64,000 nucleotides of DNA from Chrysemys picta bellii (taxonomy: Eukaryota), in the NCBI RefSeq assembly GCF_011386835.1, contig NC_088802.1:54746001-54810000 (forward strand), read 5' to 3'. The notes under the pieces are model-generated. The model had not been told where the DNA came from, ran no database searches, and worked only from the letters and a program-made list of their open reading frames with translations. This document shows positions 22,936 to 36,200 of this stretch, in pieces. The translations under genes and the position numbers were made by a program. Each line of letters opens with the position of its first letter. Positions within the stretch are counted from its first letter, which is position 1.

Positions 22936-24540
22936 CCACAGACTTGTCATGTGACTTGGGTGAGTGGCTTATCCTGTTTGGCCCTCAGTTTCCCCAGCTG
23001 TATCAGGAGCGGAGTGACAGACACACCCTGAAAAGGGAAGTGCTGCGTGGAGGGAGGCCGTGGCTCTGTCCCGGTAGGTGTTTTATGGGGACAGGAGGGG
23101 ACGTGGTTCTCTTCTCCCCATCTTTCCTCTGTCATATACACATCCACCCCACCCCCATGGCCAGACCCAGGCAATCCAGGATGGATGCGGTGGCCACAGC
23201 CAGCCCCCCGGGGAGGGGGTGGGAGACGGAAATGCTGCCTGGCTCCTGTGTGAGCACGAGGTGCCTGGAACCGGAGAGGCTGGGGGGCAGTGGGGGCTGC
23301 CCGCAGAGCCTGGGTCAGGCTTGTTTCACCGCCCACGTTCTGTGGCTCGATTCTGCTGTGAAACCTCAAAGAGACGTTTGCCCATGGCTGGTTTGTGCTA
23401 AGCACAAAGAAATGTGTCCTTCATGCAGAGCCTCACAGAGCAGGGGAGAGGGGGATGGGGATGGGTGGAATGAGGGACCAGCTAGTGGAGGAAAGGGCTT
23501 GGGAGGGGCCTGCAATGTACTAGAGGGGTAAGAAAATCTCCCTGTGGGCTGGGTGCAGGGTGGAAGCAGGAATAGGGGCCTTTCTGCCCAGACCTGGGTC
23601 TGAAACCAGCCCGTGTGGAACCCAGTAGTAACCACCTGCCCCGTTCTGTAGGCCGGATCCTTCTCCCACAAGGCTCTGTCCTTGCTCCCCTCCCCGGACA
23701 CAACATGCTGCTTGTAAAAGTCTGGAGAAAAATGGCATCAGCCTAGACTGTGCCAAACCAGCTCCTGGAGCGTGATGGCATCCAAGCCGTAGGAAATTCT
23801 AAGCCAGGCTGACGTACGTGGGGCAAACATTGGCATGAGCTTTACCCCGGGCCTGGGTTTGGCCTGCTAGGAGACAAGTGAAAGTGAAGGGATCTTTCTG
23901 TCCTGGGGTGTAAAGGATTAAGTGTGGCGCCTGTTCCTCCCGAATAGGAAAGGCTCCGTAGCTGCTGCCTGGGGAAGGGACGGATCAGTCCGACTCCCCA
24001 GTGCTTCCCCGTGTGTCCCGATGGCGAACCAGTCAGAGCACAAGCCTGGGAACCGGGATCTCCCGAGCACTTGAGTCCTGGATTTGCCACTGTCTCTCTT
24101 TGGGGCCTTGGATTCATCCAGCCCCTGCAGGCTTCGCTTTCCTCCTCTGGGAGAGGACAAAGCAACGTCCCTGGCGGACTCCGTACGATAACGCGCCTGT
24201 CCAGGGAAAGCTGTCCCAACGAGAATGAATCCATCATTCACAGCCACCTCTGGGGCGGAGCCAGAGCAGCCGTTTAACAAGGCACCTTCGGCCCGTTTAG
24301 GACAGGAAGCCACGTCCGGTTGGATCGGGGCGGGAGGGATTTAGGAAGGATGCAGTCCCCTAGACTGGGATTTGGCCAGGACATCCAGGCTGTGTGATCT
24401 TCAGTGATCGCAAGCGATCTCACGCAAACAGCTGCGCTTCAGCACTCCTAGTACCAGGGTTCTCTACTGATTCTCCCCCTAGGGCACTGTGAGTCTCCTA
24501 GCCAAGCACCGGCCTGGGCCAGGCCTACTTAGCTTTGGAG

Positions 24541-24663
24541 TAGGGTGACCAGACAGCAAGTGTGAAAAATCGGGACGGGGGTGAGGGGTAATAGGAGCCT
24601 ATATAAGAAAAAGACCCAAAAATCAGGACTGTCCCTATAAAATCGGGACACCTGGTCACCCTA
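24541..24663. mobile_element. Non-autonomous hAT MITE, copy 2, with 8-bp TSD
   Basis: TIRs TAGGGTGACCAG and CTGGTCACCCTA; flanks ctttggag (24533-24540) and ctctggag (24664-24671) match 7/8, the TSD length typical of hAT elements. Confidence 0.9.
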
Positions 24664-25379
24664 CTCTGGAGAGGGGACACAGTTGCCAAGTCACATCCAG
24701 GAGGAGCAAGGTGCAAACCCAGGAGCCTTAACTAGGTGGTGCAAACCGGCCACCGTAGCATCCCAGCTCGCTGTAACTTCCAGTGGGACGGGAGGGGCAG
24801 GGCGGCAAAGAAGCCAATTGTATTAAAGTCACGGCTCTTGATTTTGAAGAGTACAGCGGTGACATTGCAGCGACTGGGTGGAGTGGAGCTGGGAAAGTGA
24901 CGGGGGAGGCGGGGATCAAGGTGGGGGAGTGTGTGAATCCCGGGGATACGGAGTCTGCCAAAAACAGAGCGAGTGGCAGAGAAGAGCAGGAAGTTTGAGG
25001 CAGTTTGAGGCGAAGGTGCAGTCGGGTGGTTCTTGGCCTGGGCCTGCAGGACACGCTAGAGAAAGCACTGCGTGCAGGTGAGGGAGGCCGGGGCTCGGTG
25101 ACTGGAAGAGCCAGGTGCTGCTGGCAGGTAGAGGGAGACGACCCCCCGAGAGCCTGGGAAACTTGCAGCAGGCCGTGGCGCAAGCCTGAGCAGCAGCCCG
25201 GGACAGGCGTCAGCAGCTGGAGAGATTCCAGCCTGGCTCCCAGGCCCACGCCCCTGGGGGGGTCCCGATCTCCAGGGCTGATGAATTGTTTTCTCAGGTT
25301 ACCAACCTCTGTTTCGCCATCTGTCCAATTTTTACAGGCTCCTTGGGAACCCCGCCCGGTGCCTTCGTGACAGCCCAGG

Positions 25380-26394
25380 ATGGCTGCACCCTGGTTCCTG
25401 CCGATGTCCGTGTGGCTCCCGCTGAGCCTCCTCCCTGTGTGCCAAGCTCAGGAGACCCCTCCGTCCGGGTGCGGCACGGATCTGGCCTCGCTGTACTACA
25501 ACCTCTGCGACCTGTCGGCGGCCTGGGGCATCGTGCTGGAGGCGGTGGCCAGCTTCGGGGCGGTGACCAGCTTCGTGCTCGCCATCATCCTGGTGGCCAG
25601 CCTGCCCTTCGCCCAGGACCCCAGGAAAAAGAGCCTGGTGGGGACTCAGGCGTTCTTCCTCCTGGGCACGTTCGGCCTCTTCGGCCTGACCTTCGACTTC
25701 ATCGTCAAGCGAGACTTCTCCACCTGCGCCTCACGGCGCTTCCTCTTCGGGGTCCTCTTCGGGATCTGCTTCTCCTGCCTGGTGGCCCATGCCCTCACCC
25801 TTAACTTCCTGGCCAGGAGAAACCATGGGCTGCAGGGCTGGGTGACCTTCGGCGTGGCCCTTCTGCTGGCCCTGGTGGAGGTGATCATCAACGCCGAGTG
25901 GCTGCTTATCACCCTGGTGAGGAGCAACGGCCCCTCCCAGGACCCCTGCACCGTGGCCAACGAGGACTTCGTCATGGCGCTCATCTTCGTCATGTTCCTC
26001 CTGTTGGCCGCCTTCGCCACTGCCTGGCCAGCCCTGTGCGGCCGCTACAAGCACTGGAGGAAGCACGTCGTCTTCATCCTCCTCACCACCTCCCTGTCTA
26101 TGACCATCTGGGTGGTCTGGATCATCATGTACCTCTACGGGAACCAGCAGAGGGGAGGCCTGGCCTGGGACGACCCCACACTGGCCATTGCTCTGGTGGC
26201 CAATGCTTGCGTCTTCGTCTTCTTCTACATCATCCCTGAGGTCTCCCAGGTGACGCGGCCGGGCCCAGAGCAGGCCTACGAGGACAACATGTACCCGACC
26301 AGGGGCGTGGGCTATGAGACCATCTTGAAGGAGCAGAAGTCCCAGAGCATGTTTGTGGAGAACAAGGCCTTCTCCATGGATGAACCCGCCTCAG
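25380..26394 (+). CDS. GPRC5C: GPRC5C main coding exon (signal peptide, 7TM, start of C-tail)
   Basis: Acceptor tttacag at 25337, in-frame TGA at 25368 and strong Kozak aggATGG. It reads LYYNLCDLSAAWGIVLEAVA...STCASRRFLFGVLF...WDDPTLAIAL...YPTRGVGYETILKEQKSQSMFVENKAFSMDEP, as in GPRC5C. Phase-1 donor G|GTAGG. Confidence 0.96.
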
Positions 26395-29099
26395 GTAGGC
26401 AGGAGAGCTCTGGCCAAGGGGGCCGCGGGCACTGGGGGCGGAGAGGCAGCCGTGGCTCTGAGTGATTGTACCGCTGGGGTGCGGTGGTGGCGGTTCCACT
26501 GTCGCGGCACATTCCAGCTGACTCGGGGTCTGTCCTTCGTGTGCACATGTGCTCGTGCACACGGACGTGTGTTCCGTGAGCTGCCCGACAGCACCACCGT
26601 CCTATGGGAGCCGAGCCTCGGGTCAGGGGACCGGCCTGTGAGCTGTTCCCTGAGCCCAGCCCTGCACGGCTCTCAGCAGCTTCCGCCCGCCTGACTTCCA
26701 TGGGAGCTGGCTGCATAGCACCTCTCGGGGGAGCTCGGCGCCGTGCAGGATTGAGCCCTTTGCGACACAGGGCGGCTTCCATTCCCAGTCTCCATTAGCC
26801 AAATATTTGGGACGGGGCCAGGGAGCGGTGGTGTTAGGGCTGTTGCCGCTGACAGAGCTGGCCCATCACATGGACAGAGCGGGCTGTGAGCCGTGGCTTT
26901 GGCAGGGAACTGGAGGCTACGGGCCCCGGTGCACGAGGAGGGTTATGTCTGGCATGATACCCACGTGTCTGATGTTACCCCCGCTGAGGGTGGCGGGGCC
27001 AGTGCCTGGGGGCGTGACTGAGATCAAACTTGTTTGTTTATGTTCTCTAATTGTGTGACTCAGTAGGTCTAGGCTGCACCCTGGGCAGCTGCCTGTCTCT
27101 CTCCCTGCTCCCCTCGGGCCGCCTCACCCCCATTGCCTCTTCCACTCAGGTAGTGTCTTGGTGTGTTAGGCGGCGAGCTCTCTGGGGCAGGGCCCTGTGT
27201 GCGTGCAGCGCCTAGCGCCGCGGAGCTCTGATGCTGACGGGGGGCCCCTCAGGTGCTACAGCAATACAAACACCTCTTTGTGGAGCAGTTGTCAGCCAGG
27301 CAGCCTGCCCTGGTGGGAAGGTTTGTTGTGACACGGTCCATTCAGCAGGACCTGGACAGAGACCACCTGTGCGCTTGGATCTGGTGAGGGAACAGCCAGA
27401 TATCTGCTCACTACCAACCTGGACTGGTTTGAAATAATGACTTCAATTGTTGTCGTTCCGGAAGCACACACCGGCTGCGTGCTGGCCTGGGACATTCACA
27501 GCTGGGAGCCCAACTGTTTTCTCCCTTGTGCCTGTTGCCAAGAGCACAGCGTTCTTCACGGGCTTTTCCTCCGCTAAGAGAGAGTGTAGCTGCTACTTCT
27601 TCTGGCCTCCCCCCGCTAAGCCCAGCAACGTCCAGGAGACCCTGCAAGAACAAACCTGTGCGGTGCCACAGCTCCATCGAGAAGCCGGACAAGAACAAAG
27701 CAGCACGTGTAACCGAGGGCTCACGAGCCACCCTACACTAACACACTTGTGTTTGCCACGCGTGCGCAGCCCCCCCATAACCAGCCGTGTGCACAGGCCA
27801 GAGCTCCCAGGTGACCCTACGATAACAAGCCATTGCTTGCGTGTAATTAACATGGACTGGGGCTGATTGGCTAAGACTGCATGTGACTTAATTGCTGCTG
27901 GGACTGGGGCCAACCAAGCCTGGCCTCCAGCCCCCAGCTGCTCGCCCCCGGGGGGAGGCCCTCTTGTGAGTGAGCTCATTAGAACCTGCTTGTTCGTGCG
28001 GTGCCATAAACAGCTCCTTGCTTCCTGCTCTGTAGGGCTGGTCTGCGCACGCACGTTGTACCCCATTAATGACACCGGTCTAGGGAGGGGCCGTAGTCAG
28101 ACCGGGACAGGTGCTGGTACCAGTACCCGCTGGGGAATAAGATAGGAACATGGGAGTAGACGGGTCCCTGAGTCCAGTTCCTGCTGTCGCAGGCAGTCCC
28201 ATGTATAACCCTAAAAGATCCCAGTATAAAGCCCCTGGAGCGCCGCGTAACTGCGGCCCCACGTGGGGTTGTACTGGTGTAACTCTCGCTGACGTGGCTC
28301 TCCCAGTGCGTGGAGCAGGCCTAAGCCAGCTGGTGCACTGGGGTGGTCTAGGTTTGCCTGCTGCGGGGGGCTGGACTGGGTGATTTCTCAAGGGCCCTTC
28401 TAGCCCCAGGTCTGTGTGATTCTATGACTCAACAGTCTGTATGTCGCCTCCTGAGTGCTGCCACCTGCCCGCGCTGGAAGGCTGCCCGGTTGTTAAGGCA
28501 GCGTGAAAAACAGCACATTGATTTCAGTGGGCTTGTGTCAGACCGCAGCCATCGATGCCGGTGTCCAGCCAGGAGGTCCCTGCCCTCCGGAGAGAAGTCT
28601 GTCTACTCCCTTTCAGCGTGGCCAGTGGCTGATTAACGCACGGGCCCATGGGTCCTGTGCCCAGGAGCCCCGGCCACTTTGGGGGTCCCAGGAATGCCAG
28701 AACCTTGTAGACGTGGGGGGGGGGGGGCAGCACCGGTGCCCGAACTGTGACCCCGTCCCCTGCTCCTCCTCTTCCCCGGGACCCCACCCCCTGGCCAGGC
28801 CACAAAGCTGGAGCTGGGCAGTGGTAAAAGCTGCCATGGGGAGCCCTGGATGGGGGAGCCTGAGAACAGCCCCTGACCCGTGTCCCTGCCCCCCTGGGAA
28901 GAGGCTGGATCAGCTCCCCTGCCGCCGCTGCTCCACGCCTGCCCGAGGCGACTGTGCCCATGTTAAAGTGGGTGGGCATGGGCACCTGGCCAGGCACCTC
29001 TGCCCCCGGCATGCAGGGGGCCCAAATGTTCTTTGTGCTCAGAGCCCCAATAAATCTGACTCCACCTCTGAGCGTGCCCGGTGCTTTTTCTCTTTGCAG

Positions 29100-29194
29100 G
29101 CAAGAAACCGGTGTCACCTTATAGTGGGTACAACGGGCAGCTGGTGACGAGCGTGTTCCAGCCCACGGAGATGGCTCTGATGCACAAAGGGCCC
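29100..29194 (+). CDS. GPRC5C: GPRC5C coding exon 2
   Basis: Acceptor tctttgcag, donor GTAAGT; encodes (G)KKPVSPYSGYNGQLVTSVFQPTEMALMHKGP, phase 1 in and phase 0 out. Confidence 0.95.
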
Positions 29195-29954
29195 GTAAGT
29201 CAGACCGGGACTGTGTGTGTGTTCTCCCCACGTCAGCCAGCCGGTGGTTGCTTGCCTGGGTATCCCCTGGGCGCAGGACGGGATAATGTCCCAGCACAGG
29301 CCCCGCTGTCCGGCCAGGACACGAGGCTGTGGCCAAGCGAGGCAGGGCGCCGGGGGGTGTATGTCCCATCCCCAGCTCTGCTGCTAGCCTGCTGAGCTTC
29401 CTTGGGCAAGTCGCTCCTCCCTCTGGGCCTCAGTTTCCCCTCCCGCCCTCTGCCTGTCTGGCCTGTTCAGCTTGTGAAGCCGTGTGGGCAGGGATCGTCT
29501 CCCACGCGGTGACTGCAACGCCTGGCACGGTGGGCCCTGATCTCGGTTGTGTTACGGGAGTGAACTGAGCAAGAAACTGGTCCCCAGCACCCTGCCGTGA
29601 GCTGCTCCAGATTCCCGTCACGTTAGGGTGCAGCCGGGCACAGCCTGGCATGGTTGGGCTGGGGGCGGGTTGCACCAGGTGCTCTTTACCTGGGCATCCC
29701 TAGCCCCATTGCAGATGAGGGAGGTGAGTGGACAGGCTGTGCACTTTCTACCTAGACTGTGAGAGCTGATTTGAATGGCCCCTGTTGGTGCCTGGAGAGC
29801 CCCTCCCTGCAGGGACAGGGCTGGGTGCAGGGGTGGGGCTGGGTGGCTGGGTGGCAAGCCAGGAGACCCTTGGGGAAGCTGGGGGGTAGGTAAGCCACTC
29901 CGAAGTGCCAGCCATGTCTCTTCTCAGCCCTGTCCTCACTTGTTCTGTTTCCAG

Positions 29955-30101
29955 TCCGAAGGCAACTACAACGTCATTCTCCCCCGGGCCAGCGCCAGCA
30001 GCCAGGTGACCAGCAGTGCCAACTCCACCCTGCGCGCAGAGGATGCCTACGCGGCACAGAGCTGGCACGCAGCAGCCCAGAAGGATGGCAAGGGCGTCCA
30101 G
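29955..30101 (+). CDS. GPRC5C: GPRC5C coding exon 3 (extends to TGA at 30129-30131 if the donor is read through)
   Basis: Acceptor ctgtttccag; encodes SEGNYNVILPRASASSQVTSSANSTLRAEDAYAAQSWHAAAQKDGKGVQ. The donor CAG|GTCTGT is weak. Confidence 0.92.
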
Positions 30102-30732
30102 GTCTGTGATAATGTGGAGCTGTGCCACTGAGGCAGCATGACGAGTGGTTACAGCAGGGGGAGCTGGGAATCGGGGGCGGAGGATTCTACTGCCACTGTC
30201 TCCCTATGGGGCCGTCGTGCTCTGTGCCTCAGTTTCCCTACCTGTTAAATAGGGATTAGACAGACACCCCCCTTTGTGAAGGTGTTTGGAGAGCTCCTGG
30301 TGGAAATGCCTCCTGAGTGTAAATCCAAGGGATTGTATTGCTACTGGGACCCATCGTCCTTGCATCCTCTTGTTAACTCCAGCCTTCCCAGCTGGCCTGG
30401 GGATCTGCAGGGATCGGAGATCCATCATGCTTCATTCGAAGGGTCTGGGAATAAAAACCCTCCTTCCACAGCTGGGGATGAGATTTCCCGGTTCCCTTGC
30501 GCGGGGGGGTCAGGACTGGTGTCTCCGATGCAGAAACTGAGGCAACAGGCCTTGCCCACCTCCTCACTGCAAGTAGTAGCAGAGCTGGAATAGAACCCAG
30601 GAGTCCTGGCTCTAACCCTAGCCCATCCCTGCCCCTCTTGCGTTAGAATTCAGAGACGGTGGAAGTGGGCTGTTCCCTGCTCTCTGAATGCAGCGAGCCG
30701 AAGGTTTGTGTGTCCAGGCCTCTCCCCTCTCC

Positions 30733-30738
30733 AATAAA
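30733..30738 (+). terminator. Candidate polyA signal for the GPRC5C readthrough isoform
   Basis: AATAAA between the readthrough stop (30131) and the distal acceptor (31047). Confidence 0.35.
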
Positions 30739-31047
30739 TCCCCCCTAAGATGAAACCCCGCAAAGCCCTCACCTGCGTGCGACTAGAACGCACTATTCTC
30801 CTTGGCATCGTGGGGTTCTTATCGCTGCCTTTCTGATGGGGTCTGACCTGTCCCGGCCAGGAACTGGCTCGTTTCTAGATTCTCAGAACAATCGGTTTGT
30901 TTACTTCAACCAAGGCCCAGACTTGGGCGTGTGACAAAGTGAGAGGCCGTTGGGCAAACCCCTGCTGACTCCAACTTGGCCATGTCTAGGGGAATTCCAG
31001 GTCTACGCTCCGGCTGCGGAGTCCTGATCTCCGTCTCTCTGCTTTAG

Positions 31048-31080
31048 GCTCCCTCTCCGTACAGCAAGAGCAGGTGGTAG
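31048..31080 (+). CDS. GPRC5C: GPRC5C probable terminal coding exon (APSPYSKSRW*)
   Basis: Acceptor ccgtctctctgctttag in phase 0. The 10 codons plus TAG resemble the remembered mouse terminus DQSPKNKTRW. This gives a 429-aa isoform. Confidence 0.72.
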   Translation, partial: APSPYSKSRW

Positions 31081-33252
31081 GGATCCCTGCCCTGGCTTCT
31101 GCTGCTCTAGAAATCACCGGCGATCCCCTTCCTCCAAAGAGGGAACCTGTCTCCTTCCCCACCCGTGGACAGTCAAGCCAAGGCCAACGACGGGAACTGA
31201 TCCTAGAGCCTCCAGCCAGGCTGGGTCTAAGCCCAGGAGAGGAGAGAGAATCCAGCTCCTTCCCCGCCCAGCCATCCGCAGAGGGAATCCAGAGACTGCA
31301 AAACACTGGCTTGGCCCTCAACCCCGCTGTGCTATTGATCCTCCTGCTGGGGACGCTGGACTGCACAGGCTGCCTATGAGCTGGGATACTCCAGGGGCTT
31401 GGGTCCTGAACGTGGGAACGGTCCCTGTTGGCAGCGTTCACCCTCCTGGCAGCGGTGAGCATGTGCTGCCTGGCGCCTCGTCCCCGTGGGAATCGCCTCT
31501 TGGCTGCATGAGCCACGTTCGCTTTGCTGCAGGGCCCGCTCTCCCCGCTGGCTCCATCGATTCGCTCCCCGTCCCCTCCTGAAGCCCCGGGACAATCTGC
31601 CACTCGGTGTCCGGGTGCAGGAGAACCACCCGGCTGCAGGCTTCGAAGGCAGTAGCTTCACGTGGGAGACCGGCGAGCAGCTCTGTCTGATGGAGCCTCC
31701 GCTTGCAGGGAGCCGAGCTGAGCAGGTCTCGGCTGGGACCTGCCTTGGACAGAGCCACACAGATCTCCCCGATGTTGCCCTTGGTGTGGGGCCCTCCAGG
31801 GGCTGCGTGGCATTCCCTGCCCCAGAGCCACGCCCATTCAGCCCAGCATGGAAGAAGCTGGGTCCCACGACTGGCGTCCTCCACAGGCCCTGCCCTGGGG
31901 TCCATTCCTTCCTGTTGCAAAGCCCGTGTGGTATCTTCCCCACCACGTCTTGGCCAGGAGAGCACAGGCTCTGGCTGGGTCCCTGCCTGGCTCTGAGACG
32001 CGTTCTCTCGGTAAGCCCCTCAGCTGACGCAGGAGACCTCATGGTGCTTTCTCCCGGGCGTCTCCGTCCTGGGTTTGGAGAGCGAGGTGCATAGAGGTGT
32101 TTGCTCACGGATCTGCTGCACTGCTGTATGGGAACTGACCCTTCTGCAGCAACTGCTGTCTGTTCTCTTGCCCCAGCTGGTGCTCAAAGCGGGGGTCTCC
32201 CCAGCCAGGTGCAGACTGGGGCCAGCAGCAAGATGCCCCATGCACATGTGCGGTGGCTCCTGGGGGAGCTGCTGCAGCCGGGTGCGTGCTGTGTGGGGAG
32301 CTGGCAACGGTCTCGCATGGGGGCAGGGGCAGCAAAACCTGGCAGCCCACTCGTGTGGATATGCAGGTGGAGCAGAACTGGGGTTGAGGTCCTGTCCCCC
32401 TCCCACCCTGTGAGCACCCTGCGCTGCCAGCCAGCTGCTCTGAGACCTGCCATGGTCTCCCAGGGCTTCCTCTTGGCTTCAGCTGTCCCGGGATCCCTCC
32501 CCTCCTCCACCATAGGCGTGGAGCTGTGGGAGGTGTGGGGCTGGGGTCAGAATGCAGGCCGGGGAACCAGCAGCACCACAGCGCTCACCCAGCCCTGACT
32601 CCTGCTGTGCCTCAGTTTCCCCATCTGCCAAGAAGGGATGACGGCACTGATCCCCTTCCCATGCCGCTGGCTGCGGAGAGGGCGAGTGATCTCCTGGCAC
32701 AGAGTGAGATCAGAGGCAAGAAACAGGCCGTGGTGTGGGGGAAGGGGAGGAGACTGAGTGAGGAAAGACCGAGATCCAGGGCTGTCCCGGGTTCTTGACA
32801 GCCTGGTCCGCCTCCCCCCTCTGAACAACCCTTTGGCCTCTTCTCCAGCCTCTCAGAGTGCCGCATTCAGGGCCTTCCTACAGGGACTGTCAAATCATTT
32901 GATTTTTTACCGATCCCGCAATTGTATGGGATGGGCGTGGCCTACATCATGTGGGCGTGGCCAGTCCCTCTACCATCTTTGGTCTCCGACATGCAAAGGA
33001 CCAGATTCTGCTCTCGTTCGCCCCGGCGTCCAGGGGGAGCGAGTCCATGTTGGTGTCAGCAGCGGCGTTCCGGGATCACCGCAGTGCCACCGAGAACAGG
33101 GATTATCCTCCCCAGACTGGGTACCCAGGGCCGCAGGGGTGCTGGAGCGAGCGTGCTGTTGACTCGAATGTTATTCCCCCTCCCCCAGCGCGGAACTGTC
33201 CCTTTGCCTTTTCAAGTGACTTTTGGCTTTTTTTCGGTCACTGTGTTTGCAG

Positions 33253-33258
33253 AATAAA
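33253..33258 (+). terminator. Candidate distal GPRC5C polyA signal
   Basis: AATAAA preceded by T-rich sequence and followed by tggtttttcc...gtggtgcagtggttgg (GU-rich); implies a ~2.2 kb 3' UTR. Confidence 0.55.
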
Positions 33259-36200
33259 GCTGGTTTTTCCTACGTGGTGCAGTGGTTGGTCCCTGTCCGG
33301 CTCGGAGAGGGCAGCTTCGGTTGAATAGATGTGAAACGGAGGGGAGGGGGCGCATTGCACATGTAGGTCTTCTGGGGGGGAAGTGGGAGAGGGAATGGGG
33401 ACATCTTGCAGGCCAGTTGAGTGGAGGAGGGGAAAATTGGTTCCTGCCTGGGGAATTCACTTATCTCTCCCCCGCAATAACATAGGAGGGAAGGGGAGGC
33501 GGGGAAGAGCTGCTTGTGGTGGTGGCTGGAGCTCAGAGGGCCAGACTGAATCCAAGTGCCTGGAGCAAGGGGCTGAGGGGAAATCACCGTTCCAGGGGCC
33601 AAGCCGCAGCCTCTGACAGCCCCTGCTTTGCCCTAGTGGAATTCATCCAGTCAACGACGTTTTCCTGGGGCCGGTTGTAAACCCCACTGAGCTTCCTGCC
33701 TTCGCCGTCTTGTTCCCCCGCAGGAAGCGCTGGCCCCATGGCCCGATTTGTTCCTTCCGTGGGTCGAGTCGCGGTGCCGCCGAGCACGTCCCTTCCCGGC
33801 ACGGCTCGGCCTCGTTCCCGCGAAGGCAGCGCCTGCCCCTGCTCCCCGGGTCGCCCTGCAGGAGGCTGGCCTGCAGCAGGAGGAATGTGGATGAGTCAGG
33901 TGGCAGGGGTGGGATCCTGCCATGGGTTATAGGAAACAGGGTGTCCCAGCCCTTCCCAGGGAGCCCGGACAGTGCAGGTTGGCTTCCTCTCTTTTTTTTT
34001 TTTTTTTGAGGCAGGGTCCTCTCCAGCCTCCCCCAATTTCCCTCTATTCCTAACCACCCCTCTGCACCCTGCAGCCACCGACCCTCCACTCTGCCACTCC
34101 TTAATTCTGCCCTGCAGCCCCCTGGTATCCCTGACCTGGGCTCCCCATCCCCACACCTCTGCTGATGCCCCTCACTCCTGACCTGCAGCTCCCCTGCTGG
34201 GCCCCTCTGCAGAGTGGAGGCCGTTAGCCAGGCTGAGATGAGCAAAGGTGCGGGTCACGGGCCTGAACAGGGAAGCAGGGCTGAGACCTACCAAACTCAT
34301 TCCCCTGGCGGTTCTCATGCACGTTCTGAACTGGAGCCCCAGAGGTGCCAGGCGGGTGCAGCTGCTTGGCTGCATGTTGTGTCCCTGGGGCGGGCGATCC
34401 GGCCAGCCAGCTGGGGGAGGGAGGGTGGTAAAGGACGTACCAAGGTCAGGTGTGGTTTCTCCTGCCCGGATTGTCTTTCCCCCTCTGCAGTGATTTTCCG
34501 GCCAGGCAGGAAGCGGGAGCCTGAGCAAATAGTGGCTCCATGAATTATTTAGCACCTGGAGCTCCTCAGTCAGGCCTCGTGTGAGCCTGCGACCTCTTCC
34601 TCCTTGAGACGGGGGCACCCTGGGGGTGAGGCAGGTTAGCCGGCCTTGCGGCTGGGGAGCTGCTCGTCAGCCCCTGGGCAGCCGGAGTCGAACCCACATT
34701 TCAGAGGGAGGGACTGCGGTCAGGTATTTACCCCATGGCACTGGGGCTCCGGACGCCTGGGTTCTCTCCCCGGGGCAAGTCCCTTAACGGCTTTGTGCTG
34801 GAGGCGGCGCTCGGGCTTGGGCAGATCAGTGAGGTGAAGTGGCTCCATGTTTGAGACGTGCCCGTGGGCCCTTCCCTGTAATGCCAGAGCCAGGAACCAT
34901 CAGCTAGGCCCAGCGGGAGGAGCCGTGTGCTGGGCCTGGGGCCGCACAAGGAGAGACCCCAGAGGCCATTTCTGTCTCCAAGCCCGCTGCCCGGAGGATG
35001 GCAAAGGGGCTCGTGGGCGGCCGTACCACGGGCGGCATTAACCGGGGCACTGCGGCCAATAGCACGCAGCCCTCGCAGGGCAGGGAGCAGCGGCGAGAGC
35101 CCTGGGCAGCCGTTCCACCCCCACCTATCCTGGGCATGATGCCAGTGTGTCCCCTGCTGGCAATGGAGCGCCCACCCCTTCTCAGCAGGCAACCGGGCGT
35201 TGGGTCAGGAGCAGCTTCCAGGCAGAGCCTGTCGGACTCCTCCTCCTCTGGCTCCCGGTGCAGACCTGCCAGGCCTAGCAGAGGAAGGGCACCGGGCATG
35301 GGTGTGAGAGGCGATGTCAGCCTGGCGCATGCAGGGTCCGACCGCGCTGCCAATAGCTGCTGCACCGAGATAAGAGGAGCCCAGGCAGGAAACGGGCTTG
35401 TCGAGCCAAAGCGGAGCTCTGCTGGGCCTGGGGGTCCGGGGCTGCCTGGGGTTCGGCTCACGGCCCAGCTCTGGGCCGAGGCTGTTCAGTTAATCTCCCA
35501 GCCCCTGCCTGGAGGGGCACGGACCAGGATGGGGTCCTGGGCACAGCACCTCATAGGCAGCTTCAGGGCAAGGGTTGTAGCCTGCTATGGGTGGACTGGG
35601 CACGTCTGACATCCCCACAGCCGTACACCCTGGTGCTGCAGGTACACGCTACTGCACCCCCACACAGTCATGCACAGCCTGCCCCTTGCTCACACACACA
35701 CACTGCCTACACTCTGTCCCACCCTCTCACCCTTGCACGTGCTCACACACACACACACTTGTGCACACACTGCCCGGCACACTCACCATCGCTCTTTCAC
35801 ACAGCTGCCTGCCAAGTGCGCACATGCTTATCTGCACTTGCCCCATTGCAAAGGCACTTGTCACCCACCCAAGGGCCCTCCCGCACTCTCCCAGTCCTGC
35901 GGTGGAAGGGGCGCTCCTGCGTGTGCGAGGAGGTGTGTGTGCGCTCACTGCCCACTCTTGGCACGATTGCCAGTGCAGATTGGGCTGTCTGCTCAGAGAC
36001 CGTGTCCCGGTTACTGAGTAACCCTGGGGGCAAAGGCTGAGAGAAGAGCTGAAGGCACGCTCAGAAGTGGGGCTGGGCAGGTCCCCCCCCGCCGGTGAGA
36101 CCGGCCCAGAGGGGTCGGGGGCAGCAGCAGCTGGTCTGTAAAGGAAAGGCACAAAGCCGGGCAGGGGGCTGCTCTCTTGGCCACGATTTGAGCCTCTGGC

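Noticed and set aside
25646-26239. Overlapping ORFs within the GPRC5C main exon
   Set aside because: Alternate-frame and antisense shadows of a GC3-rich CDS.
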